Assembly: GCA_016712475.1 (NCBI GenBank) | Contig: JADJRA010000001.1 | Coordinates: forward strand, 1,413,414-1,477,413 | DNA length: 64,000 nt | Reading direction: 5' to 3' | From: Deltaproteobacteria bacterium | GTDB lineage: Bacteria; Myxococcota_A; Polyangia; Nannocystales; Nannocystaceae | In this document: in pieces, positions 9,471 through 18,576 of the stretch | How positions within the stretch are numbered: position 1 is the first letter of the stretch | Layout of the letters: every line of letters begins with the position of its first letter | The notes under the pieces: generated by a model | Databases searched by the model: none | Seen by the model: only the letters and a program-made list of their open reading frames with translations | Told to the model about the DNA's origin: nothing | Translations under genes and position numbers: made by a program

Positions 9471-10331
9471 CTAGCCGCCGGTGAGAGAGAACGGAATGGT
9501 CGCTTGCTGCCAGACCGAGATCGGCTCGCCAGCGATGGTGGAGGGCGTGAACTTCCAGCTCTTGACCGCATCGATCGCGGCCTTGAGGAACAGCTTCTCC
9601 GCGGCGTCCTTCTCTTCCTCGGTGGCCGCGGTGCTGCGCTTGCGCAGGACCTTGGCGCCGCGGACGGTGCCGTCGCGGTGGATGTGCAGCTTGAGCACGA
9701 CCTCGCCGGTGATGCCCTGGTCGCGCAGCGACTCGGGATAGGCCGGCGACTTGTTGCCGGGATCGGGCTTGGCCGCGGTCGCGTTCTCGGGTCTGTCGAT
9801 CGGCTTGGTCGGATCGATCGGCTCGGCCTCGGGCTTCTTCGGCTTGGGCGGCGCTTCGACCTTGGGCTTGGGCGGTGCTTCGAGCTTCGGCTTGGCCGGC
9901 TTGGGCGGTGCGGTACCGGTGCCCGTGCCACCGGGCGTGCCACCACCGGCGGGCGCGTCGTAGGTCTTGCCGACGTTGGTCTCGGGCGCGACGTCCTGTG
10001 GCTTGGCCGGCGGCGGCTTGAGCTTCGGCTTGGGCTTCGGCTTGCTGGTGACCTGCACCTTCGCCTCGGGCGGCGGCGGCGGAGGTGGCTCCTCCTCGAC
10101 GACCGGTTCTTCTTCGACCGCGAAGTCCTTCAGCTCGGGCTCGAGCCCGACATCGACGATCTCCTCGTCGTGGTCACGCGTGAGCCCGTAGGCCAACGCG
10201 CCCGCGTAGATGGCGATCGCCGTCAGCAGCGCGCCGCCACGGCGTCGCTGGAAGAACAGCTTCTCGCTGCTGGGATCGAATCCGCCGAGCATGCGCAGCG
10301 GGACTATGGCCGCGCCCGGTATCCGACGCAT
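9471..10331 (-). CDS. tonB: Energy transducer TonB (N-terminal TM anchor, Pro/Lys-rich spacer, TonB C-terminal domain)
   Basis: 286 aa; PPPPPPPEAKVQVTSKPKPKPKLKPPPAKP spacer; C-terminal ...GEVVLKLHIHRDGTVRGAKVLR...AAIDAVKSWKFTP resembles the TonB C-terminal fold; first gene of the operon. Confidence 0.7.
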   Translation of the reverse strand: MRRIPGAAIVPLRMLGGFDPSSEKLFFQRRRGGALLTAIAIYAGALAYGLTRDHDEEIVDVGLEPELKDFAVEEEPVVEEEPPPPPPPEAKVQVTSKPKPKPKLKPPPAKPQDVAPETNVGKTYDAPAGGGTPGGTGTGTAPPKPAKPKLEAPPKPKVEAPPKPKKPEAEPIDPTKPIDRPENATAAKPDPGNKSPAYPESLRDQGITGEVVLKLHIHRDGTVRGAKVLRKRSTAATEEEKDAAEKLFLKAAIDAVKSWKFTPSTIAGEPISVWQQATIPFSLTGG

Positions 10332-10339
10332 GGCGGCGA

Positions 10340-10490
10340 TGTTTCAGGTGTGTCACGAACGCAGAGTGTCGTGGTGCCGTGATGTGACGTAACTGCGGCC
10401 CGCGTCACACAGGCGTGGCCCACGCGCGCCGATCGACGCGGACGCCCGACAATGGTTCGGTGGCGTCACCTGCCTGTGACGTGGGCACGC
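10340..10490. promoter_or_regulatory. Divergent tonB / response-regulator intergenic region with repeated TGTGACG...CGTCACA inverted repeats (candidate operator sites)
   Basis: Read directly: tgtgtcacg, tgtgacgtaac, cgcgtcacacagg, and cgtcac-ctgcc-tgtgacg about 15 nt upstream of the regulator ATG (10498); coordinates approximate. Confidence 0.4.
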
Positions 10491-10497
10491 GACGGTC

Positions 10498-11205
10498 ATG
10501 ATCCCGATGTCCACCACCATCCTCGTGGTCGATGACGAACAAGATCTCGTGGCGACGATGGAGCATGCTCTGCGTCGCGAGGGCTTCCGTACCGTCGCGG
10601 CTCACAACGGCCAGGATGCGCTCGCGCTGGCCTCCCGCGAGCCGCTGCCGGATCTCGTGCTCTTGGATCTGATGCTGCCTGATCTCTCGGGCACCGAGGT
10701 CTGCCGCGCACTGCGGGCACGCGACGCCACCCGCAACCTGCCCATCGTCATGGTGACCGCGCGCGACGAAGAGATCGATCGCGTGGTCGGCTTCGAGGTG
10801 GGCGCCGACGACTACATCGCAAAGCCGTTCAGCCTGCGCGAGCTGGTGCTGCGCGTGCGCGCGATCCTCCGACGCGCACAGAACCCCGAGCCCGAGTCGA
10901 GCGAGACGTTGATCGAGCTCGGCCCGGTGCGCATCGACGCGCTGGGGCACCGCGTATGGATCGGCGGCGAAGAGATCCAGCTGACCGCGCTCGAGTTCAA
11001 GCTGCTGCACACACTGGCCTCGCGACGTGGGCGCGTGCAGACCCGCGAGACCCTGCTGCACGATGTCTGGGGCCATCAGTCCGGCATTCCCACGCGCACG
11101 GTCGACACCCACGTGCAACGCCTGCGCAAGAAGATCGGTGAGGCGTCGGACTTCATCGAGACGCTGCGCGGGGTCGGCTATCGCTACCGCCCCAACGTCG
11201 AGTAG
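10498..11205 (+). CDS. OmpR/PhoB-family two-component response regulator (receiver plus winged-helix DNA-binding domain)
   Basis: 235 aa; ILVVDDEQDL...LDLMLPDLSG...DDYIAKPFS receiver motifs with the phospho-acceptor Asp; C-terminal LTALEFKLL...TVDTHVQRLRKKI...GVGYRY winged-helix domain. Confidence 0.85.
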   Translation: MIPMSTTILVVDDEQDLVATMEHALRREGFRTVAAHNGQDALALASREPLPDLVLLDLMLPDLSGTEVCRALRARDATRNLPIVMVTARDEEIDRVVGFEVGADDYIAKPFSLRELVLRVRAILRRAQNPEPESSETLIELGPVRIDALGHRVWIGGEEIQLTALEFKLLHTLASRRGRVQTRETLLHDVWGHQSGIPTRTVDTHVQRLRKKIGEASDFIETLRGVGYRYRPNVE

Positions 11206-11462
11206 GGGGAACCGCCCCGCGGCCGCCCCACCCCACACTCCCCCCCCCGCCTCAAATTCACGTGTAGGGCGCGACACCCACCGGCCACGTGACTCCGGCA
11301 CACGGGCCCGGGCTGCACACGGCTGCCCACCCAGCCCACCACCCCAGCGCACCCTGCCCACCAATCCCCCACGCGACCCACGCCTCGCGAACGTGGCCGG
11401 GCGCGGGCACGCCCACCACCACCCTCGAGCCCCCGCGACGGCGGTTGGAGGTCGACGGGGCG

Positions 11463-12335
11463 TCAACCCGCCGCGACGATCAACGCCTCGAGCTCGACCA
11501 CGTCGAGCGCGTGCGCGTACACGCGAAGGTCATCGAGCTCGCCGACGAAGAAGTCATCGAAGATGTTGCCGTTATCGTTGTCGGCGCCCAAGACCAGCGG
11601 CGCGTCCTGGTAGTCGATGCTGACCCCGTCGACGGTCGCGACCGCCACGGCGTCGCGGTACAGCGTGGCGGTCGCGCCATCGACCACCAACGCGACGTGG
11701 AACCAGGGCTGGTTGGGGTCGAAGGCATGGTCCGCGCCGAGCGTGTACGGCGTGGTTCCATCCGACACGGCGGCGAACAGCTGCCCCGAGTAGAACTCGA
11801 TCTCATAGCTCGCGAGGTTGCCATCGCCGACGAGTCGATTGAGGAAGACCCGGGTGCTCGTCGAGTTGGTCGTGTCGCGCACCCACAGCGCGATCGTGAA
11901 GGCGCCCGCGAGATCGAGCGGGCCCGTGCCCGCGACCGTCAGGTAGCTCGAGCCGGTGAAGCTGGCGGCGTCACCGATGCGGCCGGGCACCTTGGCCGGG
12001 CACCCGGGGCCGTCGCACACCACGGGCAGCTCCAACGGCCCGATGTCGGTCGCACCGGAGAGCGCCATGAAGTCATCGTCGAGCGGCAGGTGCAGCACGA
12101 GATCGGACTCGCCACCGCCACTGCTGCTGCTGTCTGCAGCCGCGCCCGTGCTCGAGTCGGTGGCACTCGTCTCGGGCTGGCACAGCCCGCCGTCGCACAT
12201 CAGACCGGGCAGGCACTGGGCCTCGATGCACGGGCAGCCCTGCGTCGCCGACACGCAATCGTCCGGGACGCACAACATGGTGGCGGGGTCGCAGACGAGC
12301 GAGTCGTTGCAGGTCGCGTTGGGGTAGCAATCCAT
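11463..12335 (-). CDS. Secreted Cys-rich / LamG (concanavalin A-like lectin) domain protein; probably N-terminally disrupted by a frameshift (see 12336-12508)
   Basis: 290 aa; Cys-rich N-terminus MDCYPNATCNDSLVCDPATMLCVPDDCVSATQGCPCIEAQC then a LamG-like beta-sandwich (FTIALWV...FHVALVVDGATATLYRDAV); no signal peptide in this frame. Confidence 0.6.
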   Translation of the reverse strand: MDCYPNATCNDSLVCDPATMLCVPDDCVSATQGCPCIEAQCLPGLMCDGGLCQPETSATDSSTGAAADSSSSGGGESDLVLHLPLDDDFMALSGATDIGPLELPVVCDGPGCPAKVPGRIGDAASFTGSSYLTVAGTGPLDLAGAFTIALWVRDTTNSTSTRVFLNRLVGDGNLASYEIEFYSGQLFAAVSDGTTPYTLGADHAFDPNQPWFHVALVVDGATATLYRDAVAVATVDGVSIDYQDAPLVLGADNDNGNIFDDFFVGELDDLRVYAHALDVVELEALIVAAG

Positions 12336-12490
12336 CCGGCGTCACCGGCCGCGCACGCCTGCGACGTACTGCCGACGCCCGTCTCCGAACCATGGGACTC
12401 GCCCTGCGCCGCCGTACCGGCGCTCGACGACGGGTTGAAGCACGCCGTCGCGAGCAACGAGCCGACGAGAGGCAGCCACTGCGCACGCAT
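12336..12490 (-). pseudogene. Out-of-frame lipoprotein signal-peptide ORF immediately upstream of, and overlapping, the LamG gene; a candidate frameshifted 5' end of 11463..12335
   Basis: The ORF 12200..12508 (different frame) encodes MRAQWLPLVGSLLATAC (signal plus lipobox) and overlaps the LamG ORF start by about 136 nt; the LamG frame has a stop 3 codons upstream of its first Met. Confidence 0.35.
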
Positions 12491-12568
12491 CGTCGGAGCG
12501 TAGCGCAACCGGGCCAGCGCATCACCTACCGCGGGGTCCCGCGGAATTCGCCGTTCACGCCGCGACCT

Positions 12569-13597
12569 TCACTGCGCCGCGAAGCGGCGCACGGGCACCA
12601 TCGCGCCCTCGCTGATCGTCACGAACGCGCTCCCGCCGGGGAGCACCGCGAGCGCCTCGCCATCGGCGTCGGGCAACGTCGGCAGCGGACAGGGCGGGCC
12701 CGCGAAGGCCTCCGCGAGGTCGACGCCCGTGGGTCGCCGCCACGCGAACGCGTGGGAGTAGGTGCGGACGATCGCAAGACTGCCGTCCTCGGCGATGTCG
12801 CCACCGGTCGCGAGCGGACTGCCCGGCAGTGGCTCGACCCCGAACGACAGCGTCGCGATCTCCTCCATCGTGGTCTTGCTCTCGACGTCGATCGGCGCGA
12901 CGGCTCGGAACACCCGCGAAGGCCCCGCGTCCTCCTTGGTCACGATCAGCAGATCGCCGGTCAGCGGGTCCGACAGCAGCGTCTCGGCGTTGTGCGGCCC
13001 ATCGGGGTACTTCAGATCGACAGGCACCACGCCGCCCAGCGGCAGGCCCTCGCCGCCGGCCGCATCGACGACGGGCTCAGGCACGCGGTAGACCGTCACG
13101 TAGCCGCGGATGGTTCCGTTGTCACCGATGTCCGCGAGGTAGAGATGGTCGACGCCGGCCTCGGGCCCGGGGCCCAGCGCCATGTCCTCCCAGTCGAGCG
13201 CGAACGCCCCTTCGAGCAGATAGCTCGCGATGGTCTCGCCCGTCGGTCGCACCGCGAACACGCGCGGCGTGTCACCCGAGTCGTTGTGCAGCCACAGCAC
13301 GTCGGGCTGGGTGCGGCTCGCGACCAGCCCCGAGGTCTCGACGATCGCCGGGTCGGTCAGCATCCCGATCGGCTCGCCGTCGGCGAAGCTCGGGCACGTC
13401 GGCAGCTCCGGCGCGCCCGTCGAGCTCTCCGCACTGCTACCGCTGGCCTCGCTCGACGAGGCGCCCGTGCCATCGCCGTGCGTCGAGCCCGAGCTACCCG
13501 CGGTCGAGCCTGCTTCGCTGTCGGTGGCGGCGGATCGATCGCCACAGGCGACGGTGAGCGAGCACAGCAGGGGGACGACACGCAAGGCAGTGGACAT
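12569..13597 (-). CDS. Hypothetical secreted lipoprotein (beta-propeller-like, about 340 aa)
   Basis: MSTALRVVPLLCSLTVACG signal plus lipobox; S/G/T-rich linker then a non-biased domain; ATG at 13597 fits the arithmetic. Confidence 0.55.
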   Translation of the reverse strand: MSTALRVVPLLCSLTVACGDRSAATDSEAGSTAGSSGSTHGDGTGASSSEASGSSAESSTGAPELPTCPSFADGEPIGMLTDPAIVETSGLVASRTQPDVLWLHNDSGDTPRVFAVRPTGETIASYLLEGAFALDWEDMALGPGPEAGVDHLYLADIGDNGTIRGYVTVYRVPEPVVDAAGGEGLPLGGVVPVDLKYPDGPHNAETLLSDPLTGDLLIVTKEDAGPSRVFRAVAPIDVESKTTMEEIATLSFGVEPLPGSPLATGGDIAEDGSLAIVRTYSHAFAWRRPTGVDLAEAFAGPPCPLPTLPDADGEALAVLPGGSAFVTISEGAMVPVRRFAAQ

Positions 13598-13643
13598 GGC
13601 AGCGGGCGCATCCCTCGACGCGCCCGCGCATCCTACTCCAGCT

Positions 13644-14138
13644 TCACACGAGGCGGCGCAGCATCACCCAGCCCAGGCCGATGAGCGCCGCGACGAAGCC
13701 CACCAGTCCGAGCACGCCGGTATGCACCAGCATGAACACGCGCATCGCCGACAGCAGCCAGTAGATCACCGCGAAGCCAATCACCATGATCGCGCCGCCG
13801 CGCACGCGCGCACGAATGGCTTCTTGGCGCCCGGGGTGGATGCGGTGCTCGATCATGATCGCCGCGCCGAGCATCCACACCGGCGCCAGCAGCCAGGTCA
13901 CGGGCACGTCCGTGACCGTGCTGGCACCGTGCTGCGAAATCCACACGAGCGAGCAGATCGCCAGCAGCACCGCGCCGAGGCCCACCGCAATGCCGAGGTT
14001 GGCGACCGATTGCGAGCCCCGTCGATGGCCGCCGCGCGCCAGCATCCACGCGGCCGCACCGAACATGAACGGCACTGCCACCAGGACCACGAGTGAACTC
14101 GCGCCGCCCCCCAGCAGTGCGCGCATCAGATCGGCCAT
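13644..14138 (-). CDS. Hypothetical integral membrane protein (4-5 TM helices, about 165 aa)
   Basis: Internal ATG at 14138 gives MADLMRALLGGGASSLVVLVAVPFMFGAAAWML... with several hydrophobic segments; the long upstream extension of the ORF is Arg-rich junk. Confidence 0.45.
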   Translation of the reverse strand: MADLMRALLGGGASSLVVLVAVPFMFGAAAWMLARGGHRRGSQSVANLGIAVGLGAVLLAICSLVWISQHGASTVTDVPVTWLLAPVWMLGAAIMIEHRIHPGRQEAIRARVRGGAIMVIGFAVIYWLLSAMRVFMLVHTGVLGLVGFVAALIGLGWVMLRRLV

Positions 14139-14427
14139 GCTCACGGTCGCGCGGTACCGTGGTCGGACCGCCAGCATTCCGCGGCCCGAGCACGCGAGGC
14201 GATGGCCCTGCTGCGTGGCCTCGCGGGTGTGAACCTGTGCGGCATGGATCTGGTCGAGGTCACGCCGATGCTCGATCACGCCGACGTGACGTGCTTGCTG
14301 GCGGCACACCTGCTGTACGAAGGCCTGGCCCTGGCCGCGCTGCCCCGCACGTAGCGCACGCGCGTCGACGCGCGTGCCGTCGGCCGTGCAAGCCCGGCCG
14401 GGTTCCGGCACACTCGCGGCCCCTCGC

Positions 14428-15748
14428 CGTGACCGCCCCCACTCCCCGCGTCGGCATCGACTTCGGCACCTCGAGCTCGGCGATCGCCATGGCCGACGCC
14501 GATGGTGCCGTGCGATTCGCCCAGTTCCCCGCCGGCGTCGATCCGACCGCCGCGGTCGCAACCGGCATGGGCCCGAGCTGGCGCACGCTGTTGTTCTTCG
14601 ACCCCGACGCGCAGAAGGTCGAGCTGCCGGTGCAGTACCACGCCGGCGCCGAGGCCATCGCCGCGTACCTCGAGGCCGCAGGCGAGGGTCGCCTGGTGCA
14701 GTCGTTCAAGACCCACCTCACCAGTGAGTCGCTCGGGCGCACGCAGATCGCCCACCACGCGCTCGGGCTCGAGGACATGATCGCGCTGTACCTGCTGCGG
14801 CTGCGTCAGCGCGCGGAGGCCGATCTCGGCTGCACCATCGAGCGCGCGCTCATCGGACGGCCGGTGCGCTTCGCCGGTGGCCGCAGCCCCGAGGACGACG
14901 CGCTCGCCGAGCGACGACTGCGGGCCGCGGCTGCGCTGGCGGGCTTCCACGAGGTCGAGCTCGAGCTCGAGCCGGTCGGCGCCGCGCACCACTACGCGCG
15001 CACGCTGACGCGTCCCGAGCTGGCGCTGGTGGCCGACTTCGGCGCCGGCACCACCGACTTCTGCGTGATGAAGGTCGGCCCGACCGGGCACGACACCGCA
15101 CCTGCGCGCGACATCGTGGCGATCGGCGGCGTGGCGGCGGCGGGCGACGATCTCGACGCCGCGCTCATCGATCACATCGTGTGCCCGCTCCTGGGCAAGG
15201 GCGACAGCTACGTCGAGATGGGCGGGCAACGCAAGGCCATCCCGAGCTCGTACTACTACAAGCTGGCGCGCTGGCATCACCTGTCGTTCTTGGGCGGCAC
15301 GCGGACGCGCACCGAGCTCGAGCGGCTGCGTCGGGGCGCCCAGCACCCCGAGCGCATCGCCGCGCTCATGCATATCATCGAGACCAACCAGGCCTTCCAC
15401 CTGCACAAGTCGGTCGAGCGCGTGAAGCTCGAGCTCTCACGCCACGAGCACGCCGCCTTCCACTTCACCGACGGGCCCATCGACATCCACGCCGAGGTCA
15501 CCCGCGCGGACTTCGAGCGCTGGATCGTCGACACCACCGACGCCATCGCGAAGGCGCTCGACGACACGCTCGCGCGGGCCAAGCTGGCCCCGCGAGCAAT
15601 CGACTGCGTCTTCATGACCGGCGGCACCGCGTTCGTGCCCGCGGTGCGGCGCCTGTTCGAGCAGCGCTTCGGCGCCGACAAGCTGCGCAGTGGCGACGAG
15701 CTGATGTCGATCGCCTCGGGCCTGGCGCTGCGTGCCAGCGGGTCGTGA
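14428..15748 (+). CDS. Hsp70/actin-fold ATPase-like protein (YegD-like atypical Hsp70)
   Basis: GTG at 14428 gives VTAPTPRVGIDFGTSSSAIAMAD (Hsp70 phosphate-1 motif); later DFGAGTTDFCVMKV (phosphate-2 / connect-1); about 440 aa with no substrate-binding lid. The 114 Arg/Pro-rich residues upstream in the ORF are treated as non-coding. Confidence 0.65.
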
Positions 15749-15801
15749 GTTGTCGATTCGGCCTCGACGGACGGGGTCGCGAGCGGGTATGCCAGCGGCC
15801 G

Positions 15802-16623
15802 ATGACGATTCGAGTCCACCACCTCGAGTGCGGCCGCATGACACCGATCGCGGGCCGTCTCGTGTTCGGTGCGGACGCGCGGCACCGCCACCTGCTGTGC
15901 CACTGCGTGCTGCTCGAGCTGCCCGATCGTCTGGTGCTGGTCGACAGCGGCTTCGGCCTGGCCGACATCGCCGACCCGCGCGGGCGTCTGGGTGGGCTGT
16001 TCCTCGGCGGCATTCGGCCGCAGCTCGACTCGCACGCGACCGCCGTGAGCCAGATCGAGGCCCTCGGGTTCGCGATGTCCGACGTCCGCGACATCGTGCT
16101 CACGCACATGGACGTGGATCACATCGGCGGCATCGCCGACTTCCCCCACGCCCGCATCCACGTGAGCCAGGCCGAGCTCGATCGCGCGACCACGCGGCCG
16201 ACCTTCGACGATCGTCTGCGCTATCACCCGGCGCAGTGGGCCCACGACGCGAAGTTCCGCACCTACGCGGCGCAAGGCGAGCCGTGGTTCGGCTTCGCCG
16301 CGGTGCGCTCGCTCGACGACCTGCCGCCCGAGCTGCTGCTGATCGAGCTCGCGGGCCACTCACGCGGGCATGTCGGTATCGCGATCGACACCGGCGCGCG
16401 CTGGCTGCTGCATTGTGGCGACGCGTACTTCCACCGCAACGAGGTCGCCGCCACACCGAGCTGCCCCGCCGGCCTGCGGTGGTTCCAGCGCTTCATGGCC
16501 CAGGACAACGCGCTGCGCGTGGCCAACCAGGCCCGCCTGCGCGAGCTCGCCGCGGAGCACCGGGCAGACGTGCGTCTGTTCTGCGCCCACGATGTCGACG
16601 AGTACGAGGCGCTGGCGCAGTGA
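15802..16623 (+). CDS. MBL-fold metallo-hydrolase (metallo-beta-lactamase superfamily)
   Basis: ATG at 15802 (MTIRVHHLECG); metal-binding motif VLTHMDVDHIGGIADF (HxHxDH) plus downstream His and Asp ligands; 273 aa. Confidence 0.75.
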   Translation: MTIRVHHLECGRMTPIAGRLVFGADARHRHLLCHCVLLELPDRLVLVDSGFGLADIADPRGRLGGLFLGGIRPQLDSHATAVSQIEALGFAMSDVRDIVLTHMDVDHIGGIADFPHARIHVSQAELDRATTRPTFDDRLRYHPAQWAHDAKFRTYAAQGEPWFGFAAVRSLDDLPPELLLIELAGHSRGHVGIAIDTGARWLLHCGDAYFHRNEVAATPSCPAGLRWFQRFMAQDNALRVANQARLRELAAEHRADVRLFCAHDVDEYEALAQ

Positions 16624-16634
16624 TGCGCGCCCGG

Positions 16635-18515
16635 TCAGAGCCGTACCTGCGACACCGGCTCGAGCCGCGGCGGATGACCGCGGCGCGCCGAGTGGACGCG
16701 GTAGCGACGGCGCAGGATCCAATCGCCCTGTAGGAAGTCGATGTCGACCTCGGCTGGCGCGTCGATCGGCTCGGCGACGAGCTCCATGCGGAGTGCGTGT
16801 CCCGACAGCGGCGTCACGCCCAGGCTCTTGCGCTTGTCGGCGTCGACCAGCTCGAGCTCGCCGCGCCGGAGGATCAGCAGCGTCTCGCTGGGGTGGCGCG
16901 TGAAGACCAGGCCGATCGCCGCGCCGTTGCCATCGAACTTGCGCAGCAGCTTGGCGGACTCGCTGTGCACGAGCTGCACCTCGCTGCCGATGCCGAGCGC
17001 GAGGTATCCGGCCGCCGCGGCGACGCCGTGGATGGCCTGCGCGCCGACGCGCTGCTGCCACGGCACCTCGCGCAGCTCTCGATCCCAACGCGTCACGGTG
17101 CCGTCGGCCTGGCCGACCAGCAGGTCGCCCTCGCGTGCGCGCGACAGCGATGTCACCAACGCGGGGCTCGGCAGCGGGCGCATCACGGTCTCGGCGTCGG
17201 CATCGGCCCAGTAGCTGAGGCCGCGCGCGTCGGCGCGGTACAGCGAGGTCCCGCTCTCGAGCACGAGCGCGCCCGGGGTCGCGAGCCCCTCGCGATAGCC
17301 CGCGCTGACGTCGGTGACGACCGGCACCGCGGCCGCCGAGCTCGCCGGCGCGGCGACCGGTTCGACGGCCTCGGCAGCGGACTTGGACCCCGCCTGCGAC
17401 GACGCCCACGCGAACGCGCCCGCAGTCGCCACACACGAGATCACCGACGCGACGATCCACGGCGTGGCACTACTGCGCCGCTGCACGACCGGCTCGATGG
17501 TGGTGACCTCGGCGGTGCGTTTGGGCTGGACCGACGTGCGCAGCGCGGCCCGCAGCGCGACCATGAGCGTGTGGGTGTCGCTGAAGCGGTCGCTCGGTGC
17601 CTTCGAGAGGCAGCGCTCCGCGACCGCTGCGACCGCGGGCGGCAGCTCGGGGCACAGCGTCGTCAACGGCGGCGGCGCGTCGTAGACGATCGCGTGCAGC
17701 AACGCCGGGGTCGACGGAGCGTCGAACGCCCGCCGCCCGCTCAGCAGCTCGTAGAGGATCGCACCGAGCGCGAACACGTCGGTGGTGGCGTCGACCGAGC
17801 TGGTGTTGCCGGAGGCCTGCTCGGGGCTCATGTAGTTCGGCGTGCCCATCACCACGTTGGTGCGGGTCATGGCCTCGGCAGCGCTCTTCATCTTGCTGAT
17901 GCCGAAGTCGAGCAGCTTCACGCCCATGCGCATGCCGGCCTCGGCGGTCTGCGTGCGAATCATGATGTTGCTGGGCTTCAGGTCGCGATGCACGATGCCG
18001 GCCGCGTGCGCGGCCGCGAGCGCCGAGCACAGCGGATCGAACAGCCGCAACACCTCGCGAGGCGTCGCGCGCCGCCCGTGCATCCAATCGTCGAGGGTCA
18101 CGCCATCGACGAACTCCATCACCATGTACGGGCTGCCGTCGACGTCGGTGTTGAAGTCGAACACCTGCACGATCGCGTCGTGATCGAGGCTCGCGGCGAT
18201 CTCGGCCTCTTGCCGAAAGCGGGCGTAGGCCTCGGCATCGCGGGCGAGGTGGTGCTCGAGGAACTTGATCGAGAAGCGCTGCTGCAGGCGTACGTGCACC
18301 GCCTCGTAGACGGTACCCATGCCGCCCGCGGCGATCGCTCGCGTGATGCGATAGGTGTCGGCGAGCAACGCACCGATGCGATTGTCGCCGGCCCGGCTTC
18401 CCGCCGCGCGCGCGGCCGCCATCCCCGGGTCGTCGGGCGGACCGCCCAGGAACGCGGTGCGCTGGTCCGCAGACACGACCGCGAGGCTCGAACGACCCGA
18501 CACGGATCCGGTCAT
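16635..18515 (-). CDS. Ser/Thr protein kinase with a C-terminal domain of unknown function
   Basis: ATG at 18515 (MTGSVSGRS...); Hanks motifs GAGGMGTVYEA, VHRDLKPSNIM, DFGISK, GTPNYMSPEQ; the 241 Ser/Arg/Ala-rich residues upstream in the ORF are rejected. Confidence 0.75.
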   Translation of the reverse strand: MTGSVSGRSSLAVVSADQRTAFLGGPPDDPGMAAARAAGSRAGDNRIGALLADTYRITRAIAAGGMGTVYEAVHVRLQQRFSIKFLEHHLARDAEAYARFRQEAEIAASLDHDAIVQVFDFNTDVDGSPYMVMEFVDGVTLDDWMHGRRATPREVLRLFDPLCSALAAAHAAGIVHRDLKPSNIMIRTQTAEAGMRMGVKLLDFGISKMKSAAEAMTRTNVVMGTPNYMSPEQASGNTSSVDATTDVFALGAILYELLSGRRAFDAPSTPALLHAIVYDAPPPLTTLCPELPPAVAAVAERCLSKAPSDRFSDTHTLMVALRAALRTSVQPKRTAEVTTIEPVVQRRSSATPWIVASVISCVATAGAFAWASSQAGSKSAAEAVEPVAAPASSAAAVPVVTDVSAGYREGLATPGALVLESGTSLYRADARGLSYWADADAETVMRPLPSPALVTSLSRAREGDLLVGQADGTVTRWDRELREVPWQQRVGAQAIHGVAAAAGYLALGIGSEVQLVHSESAKLLRKFDGNGAAIGLVFTRHPSETLLILRRGELELVDADKRKSLGVTPLSGHALRMELVAEPIDAPAEVDIDFLQGDWILRRRYRVHSARRGHPPRLEPVSQVRL

Positions 18516-18576
18516 CGGCGGCCATTCGGGCTGCTTGAGCGCGCCGCGGGCTTTGCGGCCGCGTGCCGGCAGGACG

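Noticed and set aside
8627-10382. ORFs 8627..9946 (-), 8818..9429 (+), 8864..9484 (+), 9504..10382 (+)
   Set aside because: Overlap exbB and tonB in other frames or antisense; Arg/Pro/Ser-rich, no domains
11289-12503. 404-aa plus-strand ORF across the LamG gene
   Set aside because: Antisense to a well-supported gene; Arg/Ala/Gly/His-rich translation
12392-14096. 430-aa (+), 242-aa (+) and 288-aa (+) ORFs opposite the lipoprotein and membrane-protein genes
   Set aside because: Antisense frames, extreme Arg content
14276-16456. 376-aa (-), 360-aa (-), 165-aa (-) ORFs opposite the Hsp70-like and MBL genes; 15181..15801 N-terminal extension of the MBL ORF
   Set aside because: Antisense or 5' junk (Arg/Ala/Pro-rich); the conserved MBL sequence begins at the ATG at 15802
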